Assembly: GCA_002633005.1 (NCBI GenBank)
Contig: NMRA01001139.1
Span: 1 to 50,126 of the forward strand
Direction: 5' to 3'
DNA length: 50,126 nt
Source of the DNA: Phoronis australis
Taxonomy: Eukaryota; Animalia; Phoronida
Position numbers and translations under genes: made by a program. The notes beneath the pieces are model-generated. The model searched no databases, had not been told where the DNA came from, and worked only from the letters and a program-made list of their open reading frames with translations. Below, in pieces: positions 13,801-28,800 of this stretch (its first letter is position 1; every line of letters starts with the position of its first letter).

Positions 13801-16800
13801 TCTAAATGCCCTCACATCATGTTTGGTCCGTGGCCATTGGCTGCACAGATTACGACACACGAAAATATCTACATTTACTGCTATACACCAAAGAGCCCTA
13901 TTTCAGATTCGGTGTCTAGATATTCTGTGAAATTTTTATCGCTCTGTACACACTTGGGCTTGAATGAAGCCTCTGTATTCTCGAAAACGATTCAAGGACG
14001 AAGATCAAAACCTCAAATGAAGGACTTCGGAAGAAATTAACATTAAAGTTTTTGCGTACGCTGACTGCTAAGTAGATTTCTTGTACTGGTGTTTCGCATC
14101 AGTTGTCTAAATTTTGCTAAAATTAGCGTTATCGCCTATTGGATTTTATCCCCAGAATGTAAGAGGGACAATTTTTCAAAACTAAAATATGCCGTTTATT
14201 AATTGTTCTACCTATGTGTACAATTAATCGATATTACAAACGTCTGAGATATGCCAAGTTAGCACTTTTTCCTGACTTTCTGGTGCAGTAAATCTTATTG
14301 TTTTTTGCAATATCATGTCAACGAATGGCTCAAATACTCAAAGTGAACATTTTGCTGCCATACTTAGTTGACATGTACAGTTCTCCTGAAATAATCTTAA
14401 ATGTGATGTGTGTGTCCAAAAGTCCGTGTTTTGGCATTTTATTAAGAATCAGATGGAATTTTCCAGCAAACTTCTTTTAAACAAATGATTCGCTGCAATA
14501 CCCGACGAGAAGTTACAGTGCCTTGAAGCAGTTAACACTCAATATTTGCATACATTGGTTGTACGACGGTGGTGTTATGGAATGATTCGAGTCTTTTCAT
14601 TGATGGAAGCTGACTGTAAAGTTTCCAAGGCTTAGTACTTAGCAACTTGTTCTACATGTAAGTGTGTACTTACTATGCTTATATACTTAACTGCAATTTC
14701 CAGAGACGCATGAGACAAAAAACTCAAGAAAAAATATTTATTGAAAGATATGGTCGCAGTAAAGATCGCCCGCATGTGGCTGAAGGAGCGAATAAGGGTT
14801 CGTCCTACCTAAGTTTAGGACCGTTTGCTGGTGAGTCGGAAAAGCAGAAAGGTGGCACTGAAACTTTTGCCGATTTGAGACTAGAAAAAGAATACACTAG
14901 TCTCCCACAAGGTGAAAATGTGAACAGTATTCTAGGTCGGCAAAACTTCAGAAACCTTGCACAAAGTGTATTGGAAGTTATTCCAATCTCAAATTTCCAT
15001 CAATTCCACCCCAAAGCCACAGTTTGCTTGCTACTACTACAAACTAAGAGACGATGCATTCAGACTGCATCAGGACATTGACAAATGTAGGATATCTTAA
15101 AGGCGCCCATCACTTTGTCTTTTAACACCATTGTAGTGGCGCATAGCAATGATTGAGGGAAAAGATTTTTTTTAATTTTTTTTTTTAAATTTTGTTTTTT
15201 GCCTTTGAAAACAAGCAGTATATTCAGCCTTCGACGGCTCTGCGGTGGCCAGGTTGCTTTGTGCTTTCCTCCTAAACCTAACTATACCAGGGCCCAGTCT
15301 CTAATCTTTTTACTCGAAATGGAGCTCGAAATTAGGTTTTGCATTTTCTACCCTACTTTTGGGCGAACTCAAGATAAGTGTCTATTATTCTATGCTCGAG
15401 TACACAATAACTTACGTAGATAATTTATTGCCCTTAGTTCACAGTTTGTTAACCCAATATTAAAGCAATAAGTTCGAGTTTGAACTCGAAATTTGGTGTT
15501 TTTACTCGAGTTTGTAGCACGAATATAAGTGTCCTCAAGGGCAAACTTGAACTAGAAACTCCTATGCATAAACTATAATGTATTCGAGCACAGTCTGACA
15601 ACCAATTATCTTAAGTTCGCACAAAAGGAGCAGAGAAATTGCCAAAAATAGTTTCGAGTTCGTTTCGAGTACAACGATTAGAGACCGGGCACAGATTGCA
15701 GAAGTCAGGTGAGAATTGGTTGTCGATCAGCCAGACTTAGCAAATCCTGCAGTTTTAAAGGATTTCTGAATTTCCTGTTCAATTTCTACTCTCCACTTTC
15801 AATCAATTAAGTTTTCAAGAAAGCCACTGTCCCTCAAGTGAGCGGTTTTCTTAAGGCCAATAGCTGGCATTCTTTCACTAAGAACATAGTATACACAAAA
15901 AGTCAAGCAATTAGGTCACCCGCATCCTTCCCATGTAGGACAAAACATAAAATTCTCAGCCAACACTCTCAAATCAAATGGCAAAATGTTCCCCAATGGT
16001 GAGAGTTAGATAAAAGTTACTGGAGAAACGACGAAATAAGGAGTTGAAATCTGTGCCGCCCATCACCTGACTTGGCATGGTGCATAAGTTTCTTTGGAAA
16101 AAACGGAGAGCTCAAACAGACGTGGCCCATGTCCTGTAATGGTTATCCCGAACAACTTCAGCTGGACAAAGCTCGCCTGATATTGTAGTACCCAACTGCA
16201 CTCGGTGATTTTTCCTTCATTTCCGTGGAAAAATTCAAATTTCGCAATATTCGTGTGGGCTGTGGTATTTGGACTGAGTGAAAACAATTGACCAGTGTAT
16301 CCTCAATGATTCATACTACGGGGACCAAATGACTTGCCAAATTTGCGAAAGAAACAAAACTGACCACTGTTTGCAATCAAAGGGTGTTTTTCTGAAGTAC
16401 AATTGAGGAGGGTCTTTGAAGCCATCTTATGTGCATGCAAGTTACCACCAAAATATTGCAAGTGCTCATGACAGTTATCCCAATATGAGAATGGTAGAAT
16501 TATGATGCCTCTCCCTATGGCCACCGGGATGTGAACCCCAAATTATCATAAAAGTCATGACCGTACCCAAAACCAAAGGGAGTTTGACGTGTGTGAACAT
16601 ACCCCCACCAGGATGTGGGATCCAACTTAACAAGCTGAATGTAATTCATATTACATGTACATTCATAATTGGTATTGCAACCGCCTATGTAATAATATTG
16701 TTCTAAAAATTTCTTTTCGTTGTAAATGAACGGATGTCAGCTGCCATTTCAGTACGGAGAAAGCTTGTCACCAAATAGCAAACCTACGGTTTTAGTGTTG

Positions 16801-19800
16801 TTATCCAATCAAATTAGAAAGAAAGCGCATGCGATGGAAGGAATTAATTTCTGTGGGCACGCGAGTTATTTCAACCCAGTAGGCACACAGCAATCCGAAA
16901 TCCAGCAGTCAGATGGGTTGCCCTGAAACGCCCAAAATGTCAACTTTGCAGACATCTAACGTGAATCAGTCCGAGGTGTACAATGGCAACAAAAACCACT
17001 TGATAGACACTTTTAAAACGAGTTGGGTAGAGCGAAACAGTTGTTTTTTTTTTCAACTTATTCAAAGCGAGTCTAATGCAAATAAAGCGAATAGTCTCAA
17101 GAGAGATTTACTAGATCAAATTTTTGCGAACAAAGATCAAACAAAAATGAGCATGACTAATTCTCGGTTTACTCAATTACGTGCACTGAGTTCAACGAGA
17201 TGTAAAAAATTCGTGACAAGCCGATGTCTGTTTTGATGGTATTCCTTGTCACCTGATTATTGCTTTTGTATCTATTGAAAACGATTAGCATTTTTGCCAT
17301 TTTGTCCTGATGAGAACTATGTAAGCAAACAGAAACTTCAACTGGATGTTTGCACCGCCGGTGTAACTTGCACTTCTGCTCTCAACTGTTCTGAATTTAG
17401 ATTTCTGGCTTACAACAATAGCTGACTTTCGAAGTAGTTGCGCCCTGTTGAAATCATTCTTATCTGGAAAAGTACATATGCAATGTCTGTGGTACCATTA
17501 AAATCCATCTGTCCTCTCATGTCTGACCCACCATTGGAGCAATTGAATTTGTTCGTGCATGGCAGTTTTTGATTAATACTCCACTGTCATGTCACGGATT
17601 TATACCTAATCTGAAACGATACCGTGTTAACACAAAAAATGGAAAATCTTTATCACATAACTTTAACTGTTTTCATCTGATATCTGATAAAAGGTATTTC
17701 TATCATTAAAGTTAGACTTTGTTTTGTGTAATGTAAAATTGGCCACAAAAATTTGAATTCGGCCACATACTGTATATATTTGTAGCCTGTTGTGGTTAAA
17801 AGAACTTCAGGGGTGGCGAGAAGTTCTAAGGCTGAACTCTTAAATTTTCCATCTTAGGAATTCGTAAGATCGTCCTTGCACAACACATGGGTAAAATTAT
17901 CACCTTTTTGATAAATCGTGTCTCTTTACTAAGCAATACCTGTAGTTTAATCAATCTTGAATACCAATTTTTGTTCTTTACACTTCCCATTAGTTTCAAG
18001 TAACGATAGCTTCACAGGTGTTTAGTAACAGTGTCAATGCTGTTTTGAGTGATAGTCAATTCTTTACAACATTTTCAGCATCAAAAGATCGTTTTAAATT
18101 CTTCAAAAGTGTGTTCAAAACTTTCTTAATATGTTTTGTGTAGAGTAAATTTTAAATTATGTTCGAAAACCAGGTATGGCACAAGCTAAACAGAGCAATA
18201 AACTTGAATAACTGGCTGCGTTGAAACACTCTCACTACTACACCACAAATACATGTATCATGATTCTAAAATGTTTATTAGTATCACATATTGGCGACCA
18301 GACTCCGCAGAATGCCTCAAACCTGAAGGAAAATCAAAATGCGTCGTCTCTTCAAAGAGGTCTGGAGCGCGAAAAACATACACTATAATGTAATAGTCAC
18401 AGTGGTTTTCTGTTACTGGCACAAAATTCAACCTGAGTACAAAGTATGTCTTACGATTTGTTCGCAAAGATTTTAAAATTCGGTTCGTGTCACAGCATTT
18501 TTCATATATTTTTAAATTTTAAGAACTACACAAACGACCTGTCAATTGTTTGTCACTTCGTGCATTTTTCTCCCACAATCCAAAGCGCGTCTTTCGTTTG
18601 GTACAGCGTATGGCCAGAGGTAAACGTTGAAAAATTCATTTACATGTACATGTACGTGAGAAACTCACCTTTGACCTTTGGTCTAAACAAAACGTGACGA
18701 CTTAAGCAGCAGCCTGTCCGATTAAGAGGCAATTGATATTAGTATTTGCTGTTTAAAATAAGTTATAAAATGTATCATATACAGTATATTCTAAAACGCA
18801 CTAGGGATTATGTTTGGAAAATTGCTTGCTTCACTGGCTTGCCTCATTATATAGTGTCGACCTTGAACTTGGAGTACGATCACACACAATAATCTGACGT
18901 TAATAGCCATCTTGCCAATTGGGTGTTTGCCGAATGACTGTGAACGCATGCTCGCATTGATCTACAAGTTGCAGAAAATTGGAAACTTGGTGGCGACAGA
19001 GTTTTTCCTTTGTGCATATATGAATTTCAAAAATTCCGAATTTTGTGATTTTTCTGGAAATTCCCTCACATGTTAAAAGTTGCCAGAGGGCGCTTTCGTG
19101 AGAAATTTCTGAAAGACAATTCATATTACTCACCTTTTAATAGGGATGTTTACCCAATTTTATGAAGAATAATTAGGAATCGTAAACAATTGAAATTGTC
19201 ATAAGCAGTTACTGCGGTTGTTGGATCCGCTTAAAAGTCGTCACTTGATGCCTTGCTGATGGGAACTACATGTACTGACATGCAATGACGAAGGCACGAT
19301 GGGGGGGTGGCTCCATTTCCTCAGTGCAAAGCATGCGTGCATCCAGGAAGGGGGAGCTCTAACGAGCCCATCCCCTCCCATTTGGCAAAGTGCGATATTA
19401 ACCCAAATGTTAGGTCGACGTATTCTATTGAGGCTGCAGACGATTACCACGCGTACAGAGGAATCAACAAGAATCTCGGTTAACTAAGAAAATTGGATAA
19501 TGAGTCCTCGACACAACCCCATGAACAAACTTACATGATCGATCTAAAGAGTAACCTGATAAAACTAATCAATTTCAGATGCCTTATCGTTTAGTTTGAG
19601 CGCAGAGTACGATGTGGACCGTGTTCAACTGAACTACCGGTCTAGAGAGACTGAAACTCCCCAGCGATCGTTTGTGGAAGTAAAGCCGAACGGTGGGTAT
19701 ATTTATCGCTAGTGCAACAGCTTCTCTCACACACTTCCCCAAATTACATATTAAATCGACTGCTTTATCTACGTGTAGAGACGATAAGCCAATGCCCTCA

Positions 19801-22800
19801 TTACGACACCATGTTCTATATTTCCTAGAAACACTTTTCATACATGTGTAGTTGATATCCAGTTTCATTACACGCCAACATAGTGGGCAACCTAACATCG
19901 TTTTCTTTCCATTTTGGTATTGTTTTTGATAATTCACATGCAAAATTACGAATTAAACATGAAAGGGAGATTGATGGAACATTGAAGTAAATGATAATCT
20001 ATACTAAAACGCTATTAAATAAGAAAACAGAACTTATTTGAATATAGTTTCAATGCTGCCTAAAAGACGTCACTTATGTCCCTTTAGCAACCATTGATGG
20101 AGCATCTGGCGGAGATTTTCGGTGGAAAGAGGTGACACTTAAAGTACCGCCGAATGCAATATCTGGACAAATAAAAATTGAAATAGTAGACCAGCCGCTA
20201 TTAGTGCAAGCAGTACATGACAACACGAAAGGCAGAGCTCACCTCCATCGTCAGGGAATACGGGTGACTCATGGCACGGATGAAAATGTAGTGTTATCAA
20301 CACCAGTCGAAGTGCGAGCGTCTGTTAGATCAATGTTGGAAGAAGCGAGGGATCAACGACTACAGGGCCAAGACTTTGGTATACTGCGTGAAAAAAATGG
20401 GGAAGTAACTGATTTCAGTAAAGAGAGTGGGGTCAGGCGATATGGGGAGGAAGTAGTCTTCTACACCAAAACGTTTGCATATTTTCATATTATCTGGGGG
20501 TTAGCTAAACATTTTGTCGAAACCATCAAAAATACAATTATTACGTCGTACAGTTGTCGGATATGCCCGTACATAAAAGGAGGACAAAATGGCTTCATAG
20601 TAAAGTTATATTGTCATGGCGTAGACGTCGTATGTTCTTCTGATTTGAAACACGAATGTTTAGCCAAAGAGGTGCGCTTGAGAGATAAGACCGAACTGTG
20701 GTTTGAAGTGAAGTGCAGGTGTATTAAGACGAATGACACGAAAACAATTCGCTCTAGAGAGTTTGAACTTCACAGAGATTGTTGCGAAAAAACGGGCATT
20801 AGATTTTCGGAGGCTCAACCTGATATTAAACCACTTGTAGCAGACGAGGTTCAACTGGAGGTGAAGGAGTTAACCTGTAAGAAATCGCTGCTATGGGAAT
20901 CTGTGAAGGTTCATGTAAGTGACCAAACAGGTGTTGTGTATAGTGTATTGATAGTGTGTACCATAATTTCACACGTCTTATTGGTCGAAGCTATTTGATT
21001 TGGCAATGGCAGACAGAGAAATGCAATGTGACTTTTCAACGAATCATGCTCCCTGACCCAAATTCACTCTGTCTGATCACCTCGGTACTTAAGTGGTAGG
21101 AATCCCCTGCTGTAACCCATGACTTAGCAGGCCTCGCGCAGAATCAACCATTTGAGTTTCTGTAGAGCTCCCACGCCGCACAGCGGCTTTTGTGGAAGAT
21201 TGCTTACACTGAGATGCGTTCATCAGGCTAAGTGAGTTTTACAAGCGTTGGATTATCGGGTCGTGTCTAAGACTGCGACCCCATCTAGAACGATGCAACA
21301 TAGCTCTCAGTCTTGCATGCCAGTGTGAATAAGACGTTTTTGTAATGTTAATGTCTACTCTGCGTGCAGAGTGGTGCGCGGTTGTGCAAGCATCACTTCT
21401 GAAAGGGAAATCCATTTGGAATTTGGGGTGAAAACACTTGTACTTGTGGAGGCTTTTTATATTTAGAAGTATTAAGAGAAAATCCTCTTTCTTTAGTATA
21501 ATATAACATATTAGTTGTAGACCCATTGATTAATAGGAGATATCTCCATACATAATTTAGCAGAGCAAACATTGAGAATTGGCTTCAAACTAAAAAAAAA
21601 TTACCAAATTTCGCCCCACCCTCATCTGCTTTCACCCATGCTACAAATTATTCCCTATTTCCTCCTCTTTTGCATCCTGGTCATCGCCAATCACATACTG
21701 TACTTTGTCGTGAACGAAAGTTCAGGAAGCAAACAAGACATAAATCCATTCATACTAAATTTGAGATTTTAACTGAGGCTTGTTGTTCTGTTTGACTAAT
21801 TTACTGAGAACAGACATTGCTGTATTAGCAGCTATTATTATGTGTGCATTTTTCTTTGGTTTTAGGGGCTGTCGAACTCCGCAGCAAAATTTTCGACGAG
21901 TCCAACAAGTGGTATAGCTGGTAAGAAAAAGTGAATGTTTGCTTAGGGTAAAATTGATTCTCCTTCTTGGCGTAGACCGGTAATGCAAGATGTACATGTA
22001 TTCTAGCGCGACAAAATCAAGATGTCGCGAGACTTGACAAAACAAAGCGAGAAAAAATGAGGGTTTTGCGAGTATTATTGGAAGTTTACTTACTAGCATG
22101 ACGTAGCAAATTTCCCTTTGCTAAATTACTTCTATGTCAATATTGCAAAATGTAAATACCCAAGCAGCCACGATATTGAAAGGCCAAAAAACAAATGGGA
22201 GTATCAGTGTGTTGTGTACTCAGGATAGGACAGATAAATTCTCTAATAGTCCGAAATCCTTCAACACCCATTCATTTAGAAAAAGACAAGTTCTACTTAG
22301 GATTAAATCAAATGAAAAAAAATCCCAAACAGCGTTGCTGCAAAAATTGTGGTGGAATCCCATTAGACACCCTAGATCCACACTGTTCTACTGACTGCCT
22401 TGATGCTAACCAGGATAAGGTAATTTTGTGTCCCACTAGATGAGGTTTGTAAATTCATTTGTGTCTGTTTTCGGGAACAAAAGACAATAGCATCCAACAT
22501 TTGAAAAACCAGTTACATGTAGGTCATTAGTCGAATGCCCCTGGAGTCTAGTGAAACCACATTTGGGATCATTTTCAGGGTGGGCGATATTTTGGCTTTG
22601 TTTTTGATATCAGAAACCGAATCCGTTTAATTTTATGAGTCTAAAAAGTTTTAGGTGCTTTTAAAAACTGGACAAAATCCGTGAACATTGCCTTTAAACT
22701 GGCCTTAATTCTGCAAATCTCACAGGGGACAGAGCATATTTAAAATCAATGAAAGTCGTTGTAAGTATAGTATGATGCTGCAAATGATATGCAAATGTAA

Positions 22801-25800
22801 GGAAAATTTCTATACAGATGAGCGTCACTTAGCAGTGAAATTACGAACTATTGCAAACATTTTAATATTTTTTGAAGTTGGAAATGAGTGTGCTTAAATA
22901 AAAAGCTGCCTAGAAAACATTTTTGTTTCACTAACTACATTTCGAAAGCCAATTCCAGTACACTGTACTTTAGAATCACCACATGCTGTGTCAAAATTCT
23001 ACATTCGATATTTTCATAGTCCAATGACTCCTGCGAGTATAAAAAGCGGAAAATTGCTGGCAAGACGACAGGCAGATTTTTAATTTGAAATGTCGCCAGA
23101 GAATTGATAAACCTAAAATTAAACTTAGACTTGAAAATTTCAAACTTTATGCCAATTAAGACTGTTGCCAAATTTCTCAAAATTCATCATTTACAGTATT
23201 TGTCGCCTTTTAACCCCTATATTGTACACGGGTCCATTTTCAGACATTGTTCAAAAACAAAAATTCTGTCGCCAGTTTTGAAATTTGTGTAACAGTTTTC
23301 AGAACTGTCACAAGGAAGGCTCCAAACTTGCTCCACAGGCACACTTTGCTAAAATTTATGACGTAACCATTCACAAAACCTTGTTGTATCCGTAATATAG
23401 ACTGGATTTTTAAAATGCTATCAGTGTTGACCTACTTTTGAAGTTTGTGTGGAGGTAAAGTAAACAATGTTCAAATTTTATGAGGCACACGTTTAAGTCA
23501 ACTTTCAACCATATTGATCATGAACCATTTTAAGTTCTTCCCAGAAGTTATACAAAAAGAAAGACTGTCATTTTGAAGGATGCATTTTTACCTATCGTGA
23601 CATACTGAATGTTCTAAATATAAAGCATACCATTTGAGACGTGGGCTATATTAGAAATGGAGTGAATATTTGGGCTTTCCGTCCATTTTCAACAAATTTT
23701 GGCGAACATTTTCCAGCCTTTTTGGAGATCACCAAAGGAAAGTTTTAATTATCATTCAACTGTTTCCGATCGTCTTTATGGTCAAAAAGCTGAATTGTAA
23801 GGAGTTTCACATGCCATTACAATGCCTACGCATGAAGTTTAAACCCGAAATATCATTGGTGTTTTTGAACTAAATAAAGTTGATTTTGCATCGTCTTTGC
23901 TATATGGTTCATTTTTTGATGGAAAAGGTGCCAGTCAAAATACTGCACCACCACCTCGACTCCACAAGAACATATCAAAGTTAATTAAGTTGTTTTTTGG
24001 TCTAACACTATAAGAGTTCATATTCACGTCTCTAACTATTTGTGCATAAAGTACATGTCACATCAGAGATGCGTGGTTGAAATAATTGGCCTTAAGGTTG
24101 ATATCCCATTGGGGCCTCAAATAGACTAGTGAGGCGATGTTGACGGAGGCATTTTGATCGATTACCTGCGTTTGATAGGAGCTTCTGATCAGTGGACTAG
24201 TACGTCATCACAGAATTCAAAAAATTCCCTTCTTGAGTAGTAGTCAGAACAAGATTTTTTCTAGAGTGCAATTGCCTGGTCGGACATGATTTAGTGGGGC
24301 GACATCTACAGTCTGTGTATTCATTCACACCTCAAAAGCTCATTCTTGTCTTACAGCGGCACGTTAAATGAGGCTCAAGTACTTGTTAAAAATACTTAGG
24401 GAATCACTTTTGCAACAGATTCTATGGTAGGTGTGGCTAGACAAAATAAACACACGCTATTTTCTTTAATCACTACTAAGCACGACAAGTTTTGCACCAG
24501 ATACTGATGTACTCCTGCACTTAGGAAGTGCGGTCTCTCACTTCAGTTACAATGCATTTTCATGGACAGTTGTAATATTTTCCAAATCAGCAGCATGATG
24601 TAGTTTCATGAAAAATATCTGTAATTAACTTTAATGCTCCCCTGTGTCTATGTTAGGTCTATGAATTTTATTTTTAACAACGTGCTCAATGTAAAAACAG
24701 CCGAGTGACACAGGTGTTACATGTTAAGACCGAGAAGCCTAGCATGACAGTCATCCGCATGTGTCTCGTCAACACAAGTTCTGTCTTACTGCAACATTAA
24801 TATTAATCGCTGAAACACCTACGTAAGATTAAAACCCTTTGAAATTCTAACTGACCATTATGACTCATCTGAAATGAGGTCAGGTACAACAATAATGTAG
24901 GCATTTAGTGCAGTCAGCGCCCACCGTAGCAGTAGTGGATGATGAGAACTAGTTCGGGATTATCCGTCAGACACTCAAACAAAGGCTCTTACTTGGGACT
25001 GGAGGGGGTGTTTAAGTATTCTGTGACCGGGATATATCAAAATTCTTGCAACCGAGATGTTGGGTCAAAGAGCACAATATGGTTTCAAATGCTGTGTAAC
25101 CTTATATTTCGTTACTAGAAACCACGAATGCACGAAAACTTCACTTGAAGCTACTGAGAACAGTTTCGCTAGGTCTCAAGAATGAGGAGTTTAAAAGACT
25201 GAGGGCAGACTGTTACTGGCTTTAGTAAGTACAGAAACTTAATTTTCACTGTTTCTCAAATACGCTTGTGTGTCGGGTCACATGTCTTCAATAGCTTCAA
25301 CGACTTTCATTGGTTGTGAAAACTTTTGGACAACTACCTGTAATTACCTGCAAAGAAGAAGCAGTTGAGATTATCTTGGGTACAATGTTGCCTTTCGTTG
25401 CACTATGATATGTTAGTTCTCGTTGATAGAAATAAACATCTTCAATTACAAACGATGTTGACTGGACATGATTAATTTTGTGTCGTGATATCAGTTAATT
25501 ACCTGTGATTCTTTTGTGGAGTCAATACTTTTCTGTGCACTACATGTAGGTCAGTCATTTTTAGTAAAATTCTAGCGACACACACTATTCATGACTAAAC
25601 TTCTTCATTTGCATAGTTAAAGAGTACTGGAAATTTACGGGAGTAGGCTCACGGTCGGATGATACACATTTAACACACGTCTAATGAAACCAAATATATA
25701 TGTACGTGTGCATGTACGTTCAGACGTTCTTTGAAAGTGTGTCGTTTCATAGCGCAAGTTTAAAGCAAAATTAGGATCAATTATTCACTCGGGAACGACG

Positions 25801-28800
25801 TACGTCAAGGCAAACTACATTTTTTTGTCGACAAAGTCAGTTTGACTCAGTGTCATGAAAAATATTAGCTGTTCAGAAAGTATCACTTACTTTGTGTTCT
25901 TGTTGATCAGCGTTGCGTTTTTGGAAAGTGTGTCGGATGTCTCAGATTTAAAACTACCACAAGTTGGAATATCAATATTTTGAGGTCAACTTCAATGCTT
26001 CAAGGCGAAATCGAGTACATTTGCTTACGATAAACACAAATTTACCCATCAGTAACACAAACAATATGTAGAAACCACTTTTTATGCGCCTACATAGTTA
26101 TATGTGGACGCATTATGCCGGCCTCCGTCCGTCCGTCGTCCGCCGCTCCAAGACACCTTGACGTATGTTCATGAAATTTTGCCCGTGTTCCTTTGATAGA
26201 TGGGGCGGCGAATTTTTGGACGGATCCGACTACTGGTGTGCCCCAAGTTGCAATATTAGTTATTTACGTTTACTTCTGGGGTTTAAAGGTCCTCAACGTA
26301 CTTTCATAAACTTGGAATGTAGGCAGCTATTAATGAGATGACGCTATGCTCCCGTGTACGTATGGATTGAACGTAATTTGCACCAGGTAGTGACCGTTTT
26401 AGCGGTTTTCAAGTACACTGTATGTCTTAGGCATCCATTCCTCTATCATTCAGAGTGCTGGAAGGATAATTGTGAAAATCGGCATGAGTGTGTCTTTATT
26501 ATGAAGAGGACGGCTGACGATAATTTTCCGACGACTTCGACTACTATGGTATCTCCTAAGGGTAGTTTTGTTTTTTGTTCGTCTGTATCTTCAAATGTCT
26601 TCAACAGATTTTCGTAAAATGTTGAATATAGGCATGGACATGTAATGGTGAGACGACACCATCCTCCTGTTTTTGAAGGAGTCGATGTATTTTGTGCCAC
26701 CTAGTGGCCATTTTTGCTGTTTTTGAGTCTGTATTTTAGCATTCACCACTCCATCAACCAAACCATTTCAAGGATGGTTTTGAAAATTGTTGTATATGTC
26801 GTCAGTGTGAAGAGAAAGGTAAACGATGACAACTTTGATTACTGTGGCGTCTCCTAGTGGTACAGTAGTTCAGTTTTGTTTCATTTTGCGCCCATAGCCG
26901 TATCTCCTAAACCATTGCAGGATCCATATTAAATTTAAGAATTATGTTTATATAGAGCTAAGAACAGAGAACGACGACTTTCAGTCGGATCCAATGAACG
27001 TTGTGCCTCTTAGAGGCAATTTCATGTTATTCGACTTTTCTTTGTTTCAGTGAAGTTCCTTGACAGTTTTTATGGATTGAAGAAGATATGCCATGTTCCC
27101 CTTTTCAGATGGATTGGGCGGTTTTGCTCCACCTACACTGTAGTGGCCATTTTATGATACAAATAAACGACGCCATTTGGGCTGCATTCGTTGGCGCAAT
27201 TCAACGCTCCGCGTTGCTTATGGTGTGGTCGTCCATCAGGGTTGAGTTGTAACATGGGTGAAACAAACCCAGAAAAAATTTTCACGTTCACAATAGTGCG
27301 GTGCTCACTTCCACAACAGGGAGCCGAGACCCGTGCGATATCAAAGTAATCAGGGCAATTACATGTATGTCAGGCGATTGACTGTGGGTTTGTTTAAAGG
27401 GTAGCTATGCTTTGAGATTGTGCGTAGATGGAGAGTGAATAATCAAATCCAGTAATTAATTTATTATCTGATTACCCCTGATTAGACAAATGAAACCTAT
27501 TGTTAATTAAGTAGTCAACTACAAAGAGTAACTTCGCTGTCGCCCTCTTTAAAGATTACTTTAATCAAACTGCCAAAACAATCAAATGTCTTATTTGCTA
27601 TCCAAGAAAGGACTCTCCACTTGTTAGATGTCTGTCCTGTTGGTGAATCTTCGAACTACACACACTGTATAACGACAGTGTACTTCCTGGTCACCGCCTC
27701 TGGTGATGCAACACTTGCAGGCAATTTCTTCTACCCGCGATTCTTCTTGCTGGTCACAGTCTCTGGCTGAGGACGCAACACTTCGGGTAGTATCTTACTA
27801 CCCACAATGCAAGTGACAAGCTCTTAGTTAACTTAGTGTTCGTTAACCCTTGCCCTTGCCAAGATCCCTTCTAGAGTCTTCCACGAGATGGCTCTGTCGT
27901 ACAATTGCTTCTGTACACTGTAGCAAGTCTTTGTGCTTCAACTACTATATAGCGCATCTAATTATCTTGTTGATTTTCGCCCATAATTTAACATTCTACT
28001 TATTTAGTGATTGGCTAATAAAAACCACATGATCATATCCACTCGTATTATTGGCTGTTACAATTTGTTCTCAGAATACTCTAGAATCTCTAGAGTACTT
28101 TGACCCCAGAACCCAAACTTGTAAACACCATCTAAAAATAGATTTTGACGTTAAAATACATGTCAACAAGTTTGACCCCATGATTTAAAAGTACACATGC
28201 ACAAATTTTGGGCAACTTAAAATAGATCTATTCTTACTAATTTCCTGAATCAATATCTATTCTGACAATGTACAACCACTGGGTCGTTTTTCAAAGTGTC
28301 CATATTCGCCAAATGTTTTGTCAAAATAAGTGAACTTTCAAATCATTCATGCGCGGTTTAAAAAACTTCCATTAGATTTTCACAACTTCCACCATTGGGC
28401 CTAATTTTGGCTGGGCTTATTCTCCAAAGTTCCGTAACTTAAATTAAAGCGTATGTCAATGTCATAAGAGCCTGGCATTCTAGTCATGAATAGATAATTC
28501 AATGAATATGATAGACACACGTTTAAAAATCTTCATCAACTGCTGGTTGCCATCTTTAATCTTGAGTTTCTTTGATTTTCTAATAGTTAATGTTAACGCT
28601 GAAACGTTAAGCGGTGGCATTGAACCAGAATTCACGTCTCCAAATTATGAGAAATATTCAGAACCCGAACTCTCCCAGTCTACAAAAAAAACAAATTAGT
28701 CTCCTAACTGCACTGAACACAGTTACCAAAACAATAAATCTCCAAATATTTGGGTAAAAATTGCTAAGTCAAATCACATGAATGTGTACTCAAACATAAA

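Noticed and set aside
20915-20998. Hydrophobic C-terminal tail of ORF 20132..20998 suggesting a transmembrane anchor
   Set aside because: Lies beyond a perfect CAT|gtaagt donor, so it is most likely intron read-through. Intron retention cannot be excluded without RNA data.
21258-21290. Hairpin GGGTCG...CGACCC followed by CTAG (Helitron-like 3' end)
   Set aside because: No matching 5' end or A/T insertion context identified.
22520-24135. Possible TIR element (taggtcattagtcgaatgcccc ... ggggcctcaaatagactagtgagg)
   Set aside because: Inverted match too degenerate and no TSD; probably an old transposon, but boundaries are unsupported.
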